Shown: positions 40,233 through 52,913, counted from the first letter of the stretch. The stretch is DNA of 61,980 nucleotides from Nautiliaceae bacterium (GCA_039831155.1 JBDONT010000035.1:1-61980); one strand, 5' to 3'. Made by a program: numbers and translations. The notes: generated by a model from the letters alone, not told the origin.

Positions 40233-41670
40233 TTTCTTTCTTTATAATGGTATAAGTCGGATATGCTATTTTAATCTCCTCTTCTTTATTAAAAGCCTCT
40301 ATAATTTCCGAAGAGATGTTGCTTCTTAAATTTAAAGTTGCGTAATTGTTTAAATACCAGCAGCTTATGCGAATTCCGTTTTCTTCTATAAAAGTATAGA
40401 TTCTTGGTTCTACGTTTGCGTTTTTTATGTGATAAACGGATTTTAATTTTTGAAGTCTTCTTTTGGTTATTTCGGTGTAACCTTTTGAATATTTGCTTAC
40501 TATTTCTTTAACTAAATAGACGGCTTTTTTGTGGTTTGAATCGAATGTAATAGTAATATCTATCCCGTCCCAAACGGTTGAAAGTCCGTGATGGGTGTAG
40601 TTAAATACCGGATTTGTAAAAATTACGTTGTTTGGAATAAATACAATTCTTCCGGCACGTCTGTTGTATTGGTAGGTTGTGAGTGTTACGTCTTCATATA
40701 ATACTATTCTTGTAATTGTTACGTCTATAATATCTCCTACTATTTTTACTTGTCCGTTTTGGAGATAAATTTTTATTCTATCTCCTACTTTAAAATTTCC
40801 GCTGGTCATTATAACAAACCATCCGAAAATATTCATAAACCAATCTTTCATAGCAATAGCTATACCGGCAGATGCAAATCCTAAGATGGTAATTAAATAA
40901 GTAGCGTTATTGATGTAAAAGAATGATATAATAATTAAAATAACTGTAATATTTGCAAAATTTAAGATTTTATTTATTAAATAAACAGATTCTTCTTTGA
41001 TGTATTTTCTAACGGCAATTTTGATTATTAAGAATATAACGATACTAATGGCGATTGAAATGGTAAGGGAAATTAATTTGTTAATCTCTTTTTGAATCTC
41101 TTTTTTTACTTGTTGTATATATATTTTTGATTCCGCTTGAAGAGTTTTTATTTTTGTTTTATAAATATTGTTTATCATTATAAAATCTTCTAACGCTTGA
41201 TTTATATCGGGATTAGTTAAATTTTTTTCTTTTAAAAGAGTTTTTAAGAGTTGTAATTTTTTAAGTGTGTTTTGAAACTGTTCGTATGTTTTTAAGTTTT
41301 CGTTTACGACTTGTTTTACCTCTTTTTCGTAATTTAAAGCGTTAAATATTTGAAAAGGGTTGTTTACAAGAGGAGGTTTGGGAAGTTCTTTTAGTTTTAA
41401 AAGAGTGGTAAAAATATTCTTATTTTTGCTTAAAAGTTCCAGTTCGGTTTGAAGTCTTTGAAGCTTTTCTTGATATTTTCTAGGATTTTTTAAGGCTAGT
41501 TTTTGTAAATTAAATATTTGATTTTGTACTTTTTTATAATTCAAATAAGCTTGATAATTAATAAAAAACTCATCTTTTTTCAATTCGTCGGATAGAGTCG
41601 TTGCGTTTATGTCTTTTGCCGGTAATAGTAGTAAAAAAATGGATAAAAATAGAAAAACTATTCTTATCAT
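40198..41670 (-). CDS. MscS-family mechanosensitive channel with periplasmic N-terminal domain
   Basis: LGFASAGIAIAMKD, FKVGDRI, IVFIPN..IF..PV.NY, IAYPT. Confidence 0.9.
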   Translation of the reverse strand: MIRIVFLFLSIFLLLLPAKDINATTLSDELKKDEFFINYQAYLNYKKVQNQIFNLQKLALKNPRKYQEKLQRLQTELELLSKNKNIFTTLLKLKELPKPPLVNNPFQIFNALNYEKEVKQVVNENLKTYEQFQNTLKKLQLLKTLLKEKNLTNPDINQALEDFIMINNIYKTKIKTLQAESKIYIQQVKKEIQKEINKLISLTISIAISIVIFLIIKIAVRKYIKEESVYLINKILNFANITVILIIISFFYINNATYLITILGFASAGIAIAMKDWFMNIFGWFVIMTSGNFKVGDRIKIYLQNGQVKIVGDIIDVTITRIVLYEDVTLTTYQYNRRAGRIVFIPNNVIFTNPVFNYTHHGLSTVWDGIDITITFDSNHKKAVYLVKEIVSKYSKGYTEITKRRLQKLKSVYHIKNANVEPRIYTFIEENGIRISCWYLNNYATLNLRSNISSEIIEAFNKEEEIKIAYPTYTIIKKENERFDETKVPL

Positions 41671-42692
41671 TGAGCGAACTTTTTAAGTACTTTTAAGATA
41701 ATTTCTTTGTCTATGTTTTCTAAAATTTTATATTTGCCTATTTTTTCGGGAATTATGAATTTTATTTTGTTGTTAAGAGTTTTTTTGTCTGCAAAGAAAT
41801 GTTCGTAAAACTCTTCTATATCTTTTATTTTGTAAGATGTTGGTAGATTGTGTTTTTTCAAGAGATTTTTAATTCTTTTAGCTTCTTCTTCGCTTAAATA
41901 ACCCAATTCTTTTGATAGTTCATTTGCCATTACCATACCTATTGCTACTGCTTCTCCGTGAAGGTAGGTTTTGTAGTTTGTGAGGTTTTCTATTACGTGT
42001 CCGAATGTATGACCGTAGTTTAAAACGCTTCTTATGCCTTTTTCTTTTTCGTCTTGATTTACAACCCACGCTTTAAGTTCTACCGAGCGTTTTATAATTT
42101 CTTCTATTTTTAAAGAGTCTTTTTCTAAATTTTCAAAAAACTCCTTATCAAACATTACTGCCATTTTGATTACTTCTGCCATCCCGGCTGAAAATTCTCT
42201 TTTGGGAAGGGTTGATAGAAAGTGAGTATCTATATAAACAACTTCCGGTTGATAAAATGCACCTATTAGGTTTTTTCCGTATTTGTTGTTGATTCCGGTT
42301 TTTCCACCAACCGAACTATCCACCATAGAAAGTAGGGTGGTTGGGATTTGGATAAATTCAATTCCTCTTAGAAAAATAGAAGCTGCAAATCCGCTCATAT
42401 CTCCTATAACCCCACCGCCAAAAGCTATAATTACACTGTTTCTGTCATATTTGGCATCAAACATTCTATCAAGTGCGTATTGAATATATTCCATTGTTTT
42501 ATACTCTTCGCCGTCCGGGAGGGTTATGATTTTTAACTCTTTTGCTTTTATGTTGTTTAAAAGATATCCCAAATGGTATCCGGCGACTGTAGGGTTTGTG
42601 ATAATCGCTACTTTTTTATCAAGTGTAATTTGAGGTAATGTGTCTATTAAAATATCATAAGTTTTATTTGGGGTAGTGATTGTTGCTTTCAT
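41667..42692 (-). CDS. aroB: 3-dehydroquinate synthase
   Basis: GGGVIGDMSGF, PTTLLSMVDSSVGGKTG, LNYGHTFGH, HGEAVAIGM. Confidence 0.97.
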   Translation of the reverse strand: MKATITTPNKTYDILIDTLPQITLDKKVAIITNPTVAGYHLGYLLNNIKAKELKIITLPDGEEYKTMEYIQYALDRMFDAKYDRNSVIIAFGGGVIGDMSGFAASIFLRGIEFIQIPTTLLSMVDSSVGGKTGINNKYGKNLIGAFYQPEVVYIDTHFLSTLPKREFSAGMAEVIKMAVMFDKEFFENLEKDSLKIEEIIKRSVELKAWVVNQDEKEKGIRSVLNYGHTFGHVIENLTNYKTYLHGEAVAIGMVMANELSKELGYLSEEEAKRIKNLLKKHNLPTSYKIKDIEEFYEHFFADKKTLNNKIKFIIPEKIGKYKILENIDKEIILKVLKKFAQ

Positions 42693-42700
42693 TTTTATCC

Positions 42701-44089
42701 TTATTTAATTGGTATTAAAAACTGGTTGAATTTGTTTACCAGTAAATAGTTGTATTCCATTTTCGGATTTAGTATTTGCCATATTTTATTTATAGGTTTT
42801 TTCGTAAAAGGTGTAACGATACATTGATTTGACTCTTTGTTTAATTCGAAAATAGGATTGTCTTTTATTTTTTGAATTTTAACATCTTTGAAGTTAAAAA
42901 GTTTAGCAAAATTAATTAAATATTCCGTTAATTTTTTGTGTTCTTTTTCCGGGTCTCCTTCTATAAATGTTAGTGGTTTTTTAAGTTGGAAAGATAAATC
43001 AAAAATTACCGATGCTATTTTTTTTATCTCTTCTTCCTGAAGCAAGACTTTTATTTTTTTGCATTTTTTTATGGATTCTCTTCCTTTTTTAAAGATAGGT
43101 ATTTTAATATCAAATAATAAATCGCCGTTTTTATAAAAAGTATTTTCGTTTACTATGATTAAGCCTATATTGTATTTTGAAACGTCTTTTTTTAGTTGGG
43201 ATTTAAAAGAGGTTTGATGATAATCGGTGTGGACTTCTATGTTTTTGAATTTATAGAGTCTGTAGATTTGGTTGTTTAAAGAAGGGTTTATTATTTTTAT
43301 AATTAATTTTTTGTTTTTTAATTTTCTGTGTAGGAAAATCGCACTTCTTAAAAGTTGAGATATTTCTCTTTTTGAAAGCTCTTTCATATCCAAAAGCAAA
43401 TATATGTTTTGTCCGTATGGTTGAGGAAAAGCTCCTATATTTTTTTTGATTTTTTTGAATAAGTCTTTTAAGGTATCGGGTTTACCTACAAGTAACAGTC
43501 TGTCGTTTGGCAAAATCATTGTGTTTTTATTTATAAGTCTTAATTCGTTGTTTCTATAAATGGCTGCTACTTTTGCTTCTTCGTTTTCAAGTTTTGATGG
43601 GTGTGAATAAGCAAAAGGAGAGTTAGGCGGTACCTCAACTTCTAAAATTTCCCCTTTTCCAAGACCGATATCCCTTGCAAAAAGAGGTACTCCCGGTAGA
43701 AAGTCTATAATTTTATTGGTTAGAAGTTCCGGTAGGTCTATTACTTCTATGTTGTTTTGTTTTGGTACTTCAAAATCAAGCCAGAATTTTACAAATAAAA
43801 TAGGAATTTTTTTATCAAGAGAGTTTTTTAGGATAAATTCGGCTTCTTTTTTGTTTTTTACTAAAATTACTATTTTGTTTAAGTCTTTATATAGTAAGTT
43901 TTTATAAAGCTCGTAAGCGTAAAAGTTAATCTTATAAAAGAAAAGGTTTTCTTTTTCTAAAAAACTGTTTTTAATCTCATCTTCTTCGTAAATAATGTGA
44001 AATTCGCCTAAATTCAAGTAGTTTTGGGAGATTTTTTCTATTAATAAGTTTGCTTCTGCCGCTCCTGCAAATATTAAAATTTTATTCAA
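42701..44089 (-). CDS. TrkA-C/RCK_C-domain protein (COG3400-like)
   Basis: A..IGLG.GEILEV.VP..S.FAY, AAIYR, ILPNDRLLLVG.P, G.FP.PYG.NIY; lies between tgt and aroB. Confidence 0.75.
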   Translation of the reverse strand: MNKILIFAGAAEANLLIEKISQNYLNLGEFHIIYEEDEIKNSFLEKENLFFYKINFYAYELYKNLLYKDLNKIVILVKNKKEAEFILKNSLDKKIPILFVKFWLDFEVPKQNNIEVIDLPELLTNKIIDFLPGVPLFARDIGLGKGEILEVEVPPNSPFAYSHPSKLENEEAKVAAIYRNNELRLINKNTMILPNDRLLLVGKPDTLKDLFKKIKKNIGAFPQPYGQNIYLLLDMKELSKREISQLLRSAIFLHRKLKNKKLIIKIINPSLNNQIYRLYKFKNIEVHTDYHQTSFKSQLKKDVSKYNIGLIIVNENTFYKNGDLLFDIKIPIFKKGRESIKKCKKIKVLLQEEEIKKIASVIFDLSFQLKKPLTFIEGDPEKEHKKLTEYLINFAKLFNFKDVKIQKIKDNPIFELNKESNQCIVTPFTKKPINKIWQILNPKMEYNYLLVNKFNQFLIPIK

Positions 44090-44093
44090 GTAA

Positions 44094-46383
<2,290 letters not shown>

Positions 46384-46384
<1 letters not shown>

Positions 46385-47202
46385 TATGTCCTCATTTTTA
46401 AAGGGAGTGGTTTTATTTCCGAATCTTTTTTAACTTTTATTATATTACCTTTCGGATTTAATGTAAAGGTAACCTCTTTACTAGCTCCCATTTCGTCGCT
46501 AGAAATAACGGTTATGATTATTTTGTCATTTTTAATTTTTACTTTTTTAGCTTTTTCGTCCATTCCTAAATCTATAGTTTTAGCCCATACGGTTTTATTG
46601 TTTATAGTTTTGTATGCTATTAATAAATCATAAGAGTCTTTATATACCGTTCCTATTATAAGTAGGCCTTTTTTAAAAGGTAATATGTATTGAGCGTCTT
46701 CTTTATAAGGTAAATTTAAGGTTAGTTTATTTTTTTTCGAATATATAACTATTTTCGGATTGTCTTGGGAGTAATGAGTGGCGGTTATAAAAATTTGATT
46801 ATTTTTGAAAGTAAAATCTTTTGCTACGTCGTATTTTTCTCCGTAAAATTCTTTTGAAAACTTTTGAGAGATTAAGTCGTATTTTATTAAAATAGGTTTT
46901 TGTTTTTTCTGATCGTAACCTAATATATAAAGAGTGTTGTTTTTTATTGAGCTTTTTATGATATCTATTAAAATATGAAGCTCTTTTTTATAGATTAAAT
47001 TGTAATTTTCGGAGATTTTATATATATAAATTCCGTTTGCAGCCGGAGTTAGGAAAATATATCCGTCTTTTACTTTTATTAAAGAGTCTTCGTTTACGCC
47101 GTATTTATTTAAAAGTTGAACGTTTTTTGTCGTGTCAAGTCGAGTGATTTGGTAATTGTTACACCCTAAGAAGAAAAGAGGGATTAAAAAAAGCTTTTTC
47201 AT
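46384..47202 (-). CDS. Hypothetical lipoprotein (beta-propeller-like)
   Basis: MKKLFLIPLFFLGC lipobox from ATG at 47202; beta-rich repeats. Confidence 0.7.
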
Positions 47203-47212
47203 ATTTTTTACC

Positions 47213-47791
47213 TTATTCATAGTAAGTTACCGAACTTTTACCGAATTTTCTTGTTTTTATTTTTTTGTAAAGTCCTAATTCTTGAGGAAATTCATAATCG
47301 CTTTGGTGTTCGATTAATATTTTTTCCACGTTGTTTTTAGGAAGTTGTTTTATTAGGTGTTTTACTTTTTCGTAGATATCTTCATAACCTTCTCTTATGG
47401 CAAACGGAGGGTCGAAATAGAAAAACGCTTTATCTTTTTCTCTTTTTAGTTTTTCTATAACATCCCATATAGTTTCGAAGCTATCTCCTAAGATAATTTC
47501 ACACTTTTGAGGTTCCATTGAATCTATGTTTTTTTTAAGAACTTTCGCGGCATACGGGTCTTTTTCCAAGAAATAGGCTTTTTTAGCTCCTCTGCTTATT
47601 GCTTCAAGCCCGATAGAACCGACTCCGCTAAATACTTCCACCCAGGTAGAGTCCGCTATTTCCCATTGAAGAGTGTTAAAAACGCTCTCTTTTAAAATGT
47701 TTTTGGTACTTCTTGTAGTCTCTTTGTCTCCCATATAGAGTTTTTTCCCTCTATATTTGCCTCCTATGATTTTAATATTACTCTTTTCCAT
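47213..47791 (-). CDS. rsmD: 16S rRNA m2G966 methyltransferase
   Basis: IIGGKYRGKKL, TR.T...LKES.FN.L, F.G.GSIGLEA.SRGA, DPPF, FG.S. Confidence 0.93.
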   Translation of the reverse strand: MEKSNIKIIGGKYRGKKLYMGDKETTRSTKNILKESVFNTLQWEIADSTWVEVFSGVGSIGLEAISRGAKKAYFLEKDPYAAKVLKKNIDSMEPQKCEIILGDSFETIWDVIEKLKREKDKAFFYFDPPFAIREGYEDIYEKVKHLIKQLPKNNVEKILIEHQSDYEFPQELGLYKKIKTRKFGKSSVTYYE

Positions 47792-48071
47792 TGTAATCCT
47801 TTATCGTTTTTATTAGTTTTTCTTTGAATTCCTCTACCAATTCTTCTATTAATTCGTCTAAGTCCCTTGGAGTATTGATATTTAATTTTTCGAGCTGAAT
47901 TATTAAAGATGATTTGCTAAAAGGTTTTTTTATATCTTTTCCTATTATTATTCCCTCTTTTTGAGGGTCGTCCGTTATTAATATACCGTTTGGGTCTAAG
48001 CGGTCTTTTAGAAAATATTCTAAGGTATATTGCAATAAAGGCGATAAGCATTCGATTTTATATTTCCTCAA
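47778..48071 (-). CDS. Hypothetical protein
   Basis: AAAGG RBS supports TTG at 48071; C.SPLLQ..LE.FLK and IKKPFSKS.L...LE; overlaps the rsmD start. Confidence 0.7.
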   Translation of the reverse strand: MRKYKIECLSPLLQYTLEYFLKDRLDPNGILITDDPQKEGIIIGKDIKKPFSKSSLIIQLEKLNINTPRDLDELIEELVEEFKEKLIKTIKDYNGKE

Positions 48072-48103
48072 GAAAAACCTTTTTGAAAATTTTATCAAAA
48101 AAT

Positions 48104-48130
48104 TAAACTTTTATATAATATCGACGATAT
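48104..48130 (+). promoter_or_regulatory. Sigma28 (FliA) promoter of flaG-fliD-fliS
   Basis: TAAA-N15-GACGATAT versus consensus TAAA-N15-GCCGATAA. Confidence 0.8.
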
Positions 48131-48156
48131 TATTACATATATAAAAGGGGGCTGTT

Positions 48157-48519
48157 ATGGATATTTTCAGTAATATTAAAAATTATACTCAAAAAGTACA
48201 GCCGGTAGAGAATATGAATCAATCCGAAGTTCACAGAGTACAAAAAGTGGAAGAAGCTCAAAAAGACGTTATTGAAAATCAGGATAAGGAAAAATTGAAA
48301 AAAGAGTTACAAAGGGTTACGGAAGAGCTTAATAAAACTTTGAATCCTTTAAATACTACGTTAAAATTTCAATTTAACGACAAAGTGGATGAATTAACTG
48401 TAAAAGTTGTCGATACGACAAATAATAAAACAATTAGAGAATATCCCCCGAAAGAAGCTTTGGAACTTATGGAAAAAATGAGAGAACTGGTAGGTTTACT
48501 ACTTGATAAAAAAGGATAG
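48157..48519 (+). CDS. flaG: Flagellar protein FlaG
   Basis: L.F.F......L.VKVVD......IRE.PP.EAL.L...M....G.LLDKKG. Confidence 0.93.
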   Translation: MDIFSNIKNYTQKVQPVENMNQSEVHRVQKVEEAQKDVIENQDKEKLKKELQRVTEELNKTLNPLNTTLKFQFNDKVDELTVKVVDTTNNKTIREYPPKEALELMEKMRELVGLLLDKKG

Positions 48520-48522
48520 GGT

Positions 48523-50229
48523 ATGGCGGATTTAGGTGTTTTAAGCTCACTTGGAGCCGGGAGTAACGGTGTTTTAAGTTACGATGTAATCGATAAACTT
48601 AAAAATGCCGATGAAGATGCAATGGTAAAACCTTTGGAAGATAAATTGGATTTATTGAAAAAAAAAGAAACCGCTTTGTCTCAATTCGTTACCATAGGTT
48701 CTACCGTTAAAACCGATATTTTGGATTTAGCTGACGGGACTTTATTCGCTAAAGTTTCTAGTAGCGTAAGCGGTAGTAGCGTGAATGTAAGTGTGAATGA
48801 CGGAGTAAAGCCTCAAACGTTTAAAATTAACGTAACTCAACTAGCTCAAAACGATGTTTTCGAATCGAAAGGGTTCGTATCCGAAGATGCAAGTGTCAAT
48901 AGTAGCGGTAAAGACCAAACGTTAAATATAGGGGTTGGTGGAGTAACGACACAAATAACCGTTAAAAGCGGGGCTACTTTAAGTGATTTAAAAGATGCTA
49001 TTAACAATGCGGATATAGGAATTACCGCTTCTATTATTGATACGGGAATAGGTGATAATCCTTATAAACTTGTGTTAAAAGCAAATGATACGGGAGAGGA
49101 TAATTATATAAAGTTTAATTATTCGGGTATTGATGATTTAGGTTTAAACGCTACGACTTATACGTCCGCTACTTATGATTCGGATACCGATTCGGTTAAC
49201 GATTCGGGAGCGGACCAGACGTTTAAAATTACCGTAAACGGGACTGATTATTCAATGACTGTGGCTGATGGTACTACTGTTGGCGATTTTATAGACGCTT
49301 TAAATAACGGAGATTTAAAAGATAGTGACGGAAATTCTTTAAGTGTAAACGCAAGTTATAATAGTGATACCGGTGCTATTAATTTTGATATTCAAGCGAT
49401 TGGAGATATTAGCATAGATGATACCAATTTAACTACAGATTTTAACGATAATACCGACTTTACAAATGCAAACAGATTACAAACAGCACAAGATGCTCTG
49501 TTTGAATACAACGGAGTTGAAATTCAAAGAAGTTCAAATGAGGTTGATGATTTAATAACAGGTGTTACAATAAACCTTGAGAATGAAGGTGAATCAACCG
49601 TTTCTATTACTTCAAACGTTGATGATATGGTTGATGCTATTAAAAAATTTGTATCTGATTACAATGCTATGATCTCAAATCTGCAAAGCTTAACGGCATA
49701 TGATAAGGATACAGGGAATGTAGGGCTTTTTCAAGGTGATAGTGACTTTACCATGCTTAGTAGTAAATTTAGTAACGATTTGTTTGGGGTTGTGCTTTCC
49801 AATAAATCAACTCAAAAAGACCTAAACGGAAACGAATATACCGTTAATACCGTTTTTACGGCAGCTGATGTAGGATTTAGTATGGATAAAAACGGAATGC
49901 TTAGCTTTGATGAAGAAAACTTTAGGGAAGCTTATAATAAAGACCCGGATTTAACCGATAGATTATTTGAGACGATGTTTACTAATTTAAAAACGGATTT
50001 TGATACGAATATTACCGGAGATAAATCCAATTTAAATCTTTTAGACCAAGAAATTAAAGATGAAGAAGATAGGTATCAAGATAGAATTGATGCTATGAAA
50101 GAGTATCTTGATACGAAATATGAAATTATGGCAAAACAGTTTGCAGCGTATGATGAAATGATAAACTCTTTTAACGCTCAAAGCCAAAGTATAACTATGG
50201 CAATCGAACAAGCTATAAATACAAAATAA
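48523..50229 (+). CDS. fliD: Flagellar filament cap protein
   Basis: LSSLG.GS..L..DVIDKLK.AD, V.QLAQ, AQDA.F.YNG..I.RSSN.VDDLI.GVTI.L, Y..M..QFAAYD..I. Confidence 0.95.
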   Translation: MADLGVLSSLGAGSNGVLSYDVIDKLKNADEDAMVKPLEDKLDLLKKKETALSQFVTIGSTVKTDILDLADGTLFAKVSSSVSGSSVNVSVNDGVKPQTFKINVTQLAQNDVFESKGFVSEDASVNSSGKDQTLNIGVGGVTTQITVKSGATLSDLKDAINNADIGITASIIDTGIGDNPYKLVLKANDTGEDNYIKFNYSGIDDLGLNATTYTSATYDSDTDSVNDSGADQTFKITVNGTDYSMTVADGTTVGDFIDALNNGDLKDSDGNSLSVNASYNSDTGAINFDIQAIGDISIDDTNLTTDFNDNTDFTNANRLQTAQDALFEYNGVEIQRSSNEVDDLITGVTINLENEGESTVSITSNVDDMVDAIKKFVSDYNAMISNLQSLTAYDKDTGNVGLFQGDSDFTMLSSKFSNDLFGVVLSNKSTQKDLNGNEYTVNTVFTAADVGFSMDKNGMLSFDEENFREAYNKDPDLTDRLFETMFTNLKTDFDTNITGDKSNLNLLDQEIKDEEDRYQDRIDAMKEYLDTKYEIMAKQFAAYDEMINSFNAQSQSITMAIEQAINTK

Positions 50230-50238
50230 AGGTGAGAA

Positions 50239-50613
50239 ATGACATACAATAAAGCACTTAATAGTTATAATCAGATAAATATGAATATAGAAAGACCTGA
50301 AAAGCTTATTTTAATGCTTTATGAGGGGGCTTTAAGATTTGCAAATTTTGCTAAGAAAGCTATTAAAGAAGGAAATATAGAAGAGAAAGTTAAGTATATA
50401 ATTAAAACTTCAAATATTTTTATAGAGCTTTTGAATTCTTTGGATTTTGAAAAAGGTGGAGATGTGGCTTATTATTTGAACGGACTTTATGCGTATCAAC
50501 TTGAACTTTTAGCAAAAGCCAACTTAGAAAATGAAACTAAATATTTAGATGATGTAATTAGAGTTTTAAAAGGACTTATCGAAGCTTGGAAAGAAGAGAC
50601 GGGGATTAGTTGA
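50239..50613 (+). CDS. fliS: Flagellin export chaperone
   Basis: PEKLILMLYEGALRF, EL..SLD.EKGG.VA..L..LY, L.EAW. Confidence 0.96.
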   Translation: MTYNKALNSYNQINMNIERPEKLILMLYEGALRFANFAKKAIKEGNIEEKVKYIIKTSNIFIELLNSLDFEKGGDVAYYLNGLYAYQLELLAKANLENETKYLDDVIRVLKGLIEAWKEETGIS

Positions 50614-50861
50614 TGAGTTATTTAAATGAACTAAAAGTTGCAGTAATTAACGAAGATTTAAAAAAATTAGAAGAACTTTCAAAAAAAGAGTTTTCTTTTT
50701 CTTCTTTAGAGGAGGCTAAAGAGATTCAAGCTTTTATTAAAAAGGCTGTTGGAATTTTGGAAAAAGAGAAAAAAAAGACGGCTTTAAATATGCAGAAAAT
50801 AAAAAAGCTTCAAAAATTCAACTCTTTAAAAGAGCATAAGGCTTTTGATTTTAAAGCCTAA
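50610..50861 (+). CDS. Small helical protein after fliS (FliT-position)
   Basis: 83 aa, helical/coiled coil; coupled to the fliS stop. Confidence 0.65.
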   Translation: MMSYLNELKVAVINEDLKKLEELSKKEFSFSSLEEAKEIQAFIKKAVGILEKEKKKTALNMQKIKKLQKFNSLKEHKAFDFKA

Positions 50862-51331
50862 AAGATAGAGTATCTAAAGTGTAAAAATCCTAGAATGTTT
50901 TGAATATCCCTCACTACTTTTTCCATTATTGTAGCTTCTTTTGTACCGCTTAGCATTCTTGTAAGCAAATATCCATTCATAAGAGATATTTTTACTTCTC
51001 CGTTACTTGTTTCATATACGGCTATACTAAGAGGCATTTTTACTGCCATAAATTTTGTATCATCATCACTTAACATCTTTGAAGCATATTTTGCGTTACA
51101 AAATTTAATAATTTTAACTTTTCCTACTTGATTTATAACGGCTACTACGTGCCAACCTGGGGTGTTTGAGATTCTTTTTGTAATTAAATTTACCGTTTTT
51201 TCAAAAGAATAAGGGCTTGATACTTGTTTAAACAGCATATTTCGAGCCGAAATTTTTAAAAAAAGTCCCGTTAAAAACATTCCTATTACAAGACCTATAA
51301 TTATTCCGCCTATAAGTGTTCTTTTATTCAT
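50858..51331 (-). CDS. DUF302-family membrane-anchored protein
   Basis: N-terminal TM; SPYSFE.TV..I, FCN..YA..ML, MP..IAVYE...G.V.IS.MN. Confidence 0.75.
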   Translation of the reverse strand: MNKRTLIGGIIIGLVIGMFLTGLFLKISARNMLFKQVSSPYSFEKTVNLITKRISNTPGWHVVAVINQVGKVKIIKFCNAKYASKMLSDDDTKFMAVKMPLSIAVYETSNGEVKISLMNGYLLTRMLSGTKEATIMEKVVRDIQNILGFLHFRYSIF

Positions 51332-51332
51332 T

Positions 51333-52289
51333 TTATTCCTCCTCGATACAGATTTTTTTGTTTTTGATTGCGTTTAAAGTTTTAAGAAATACGTATCCCA
51401 CGATAATAGTTGTTAATGTTAGTAAAATAAGTGAAAACAGTTTTAAAGTAATGTTATTATAAGCCGAATCTATTAGGATAGTAGCTATCGTAAATGCTGC
51501 AAGTGGGAAAGTGTAAGCCCACCAAGATATAAAAAACTCTATTTTTAAGAAGTTTTTAGCCATACTGATTAATAGTACGAATATAAATAAAGCGATAAAA
51601 TATAAAAAAAGACTCTCTAAATTAATAAGTCCGAAAGTCAATCTGAAATAACTTATAAATCCTACTGCCGGTGGGGCTATTAAAATAAAAAGAGTAGGTA
51701 ATAGTTTTTTTGGCATAGGATGGTGGAAAATCATTCTATACATTACGATTGTAAATAAAACAATCCAAAAGAAAATACCTATTGAAAAATAAAAAAGATT
51801 TATAAATTCGTTTTGAGTATCAAATCCTACCACCGGGACTAATACATTACCTACTATAGGAATAAACCAGGCCGGATTTATTTGAGTTATTTCAAATTTA
51901 TGTTCTATCCAGAATTTCATCACTTTATATGTAAAAAACAGATGAAGCGGGGCACCTATATACCAAAACACTATTGCTATGGTGGGAACTATGTCATAGT
52001 AAGCAATGGAAAGTAGTAAAAAACTAATTGAAATTGTTGCGGCAAATGAACTTTTTACGGGGTGTGAAAACTCTTTTTGAATGGCTTGAGGATATTTTAT
52101 CCATTTAATAATGTAAGTTGTAAAAATAACGAAAAATAAGGCCGTATCTATTATAAGTAGTAATTGATAGATATAATAAAGACTTTCTATCTTTAAAAAA
52201 TGCCAAGCTTTCGCAAATGCTATGGTAAGACCTGAAATTCCCATAATAATTGCAAAAAATTGAACGGGAAAATATTCTAACTTTCTCAT
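51333..52289 (-). CDS. SLAC1/TDT (TehA-like) anion transporter
   Basis: FFAIIMG..GL, EF.HPV..SF, NPAWFIPIVGN, PTLFILIAPPAVGF, F.ISWWAYTFPLAA. Confidence 0.9.
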   Translation of the reverse strand: MRKLEYFPVQFFAIIMGISGLTIAFAKAWHFLKIESLYYIYQLLLIIDTALFFVIFTTYIIKWIKYPQAIQKEFSHPVKSSFAATISISFLLLSIAYYDIVPTIAIVFWYIGAPLHLFFTYKVMKFWIEHKFEITQINPAWFIPIVGNVLVPVVGFDTQNEFINLFYFSIGIFFWIVLFTIVMYRMIFHHPMPKKLLPTLFILIAPPAVGFISYFRLTFGLINLESLFLYFIALFIFVLLISMAKNFLKIEFFISWWAYTFPLAAFTIATILIDSAYNNITLKLFSLILLTLTTIIVGYVFLKTLNAIKNKKICIEEE

Positions 52290-52318
52290 AATATCCTCCT
52301 GAACAAATGTTTAAACGG

Positions 52319-52338
52319 AAGTTTATAACTATAAACTT
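52319..52338. promoter_or_regulatory. Perfect palindrome in the divergent TDT/rhodanese promoter region
   Basis: AAGTTTATA-AC-TATAAACTT. Confidence 0.45.
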
Positions 52339-52448
52339 AAAGTTTTTTTAAATTGGAATGTTTTTCTTGACTAAAACGGTTTATATTTTATATAATTTAA
52401 AACAGCTCTTAATTAAAATAATATTAAAAAGAGCTAGAAGGAGAAAAA

Positions 52449-52913
52449 ATGAAAAAAGCTTTAATTGCGTTAAGTGTAGTGTTTAGTGTAAATTCATTTG
52501 CTTTATCGGGACCTTTGGCTTCGGTGTTTAAAAAAGAGGTTAAAGAAAATGCGAAGTATGTTCAATATATAACTCCTAAAGAGTTAAAAAGCTGGATGAA
52601 TAAAGATAAAGATTTTGTAATTTTAGACGTAAGAGAACCGGATGAAGTGGCAAGTGGTGTGATTGACTGGGTTGAGCTTGAAACTATTCCTAGAGGTTTA
52701 GTGGATGTAAAAGCCGCAGTGGGTTATTTAAAACCTAACAATACGTATGTAGTTGTTTGTGAAACGGGAGGAAGAGCTACTTTAATAGGAGCTAAACTTC
52801 ATAAATTATATGGTTTTAAGCATATTTACGTATTAAAAGAGGGAATTAAAGCTTGGATGAAAAAAGGGTATATTATTACTACTAAATTAGGGGAGTTTAA
52901 AGCGGCTAAATAG
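52449..52913 (+). CDS. Exported rhodanese-domain sulfurtransferase
   Basis: Signal peptide; LDVREPDE, IPRG, active-site loop CETGGR, L.EGI.AW...G. Confidence 0.88.
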   Translation: MKKALIALSVVFSVNSFALSGPLASVFKKEVKENAKYVQYITPKELKSWMNKDKDFVILDVREPDEVASGVIDWVELETIPRGLVDVKAAVGYLKPNNTYVVVCETGGRATLIGAKLHKLYGFKHIYVLKEGIKAWMKKGYIITTKLGEFKAAK

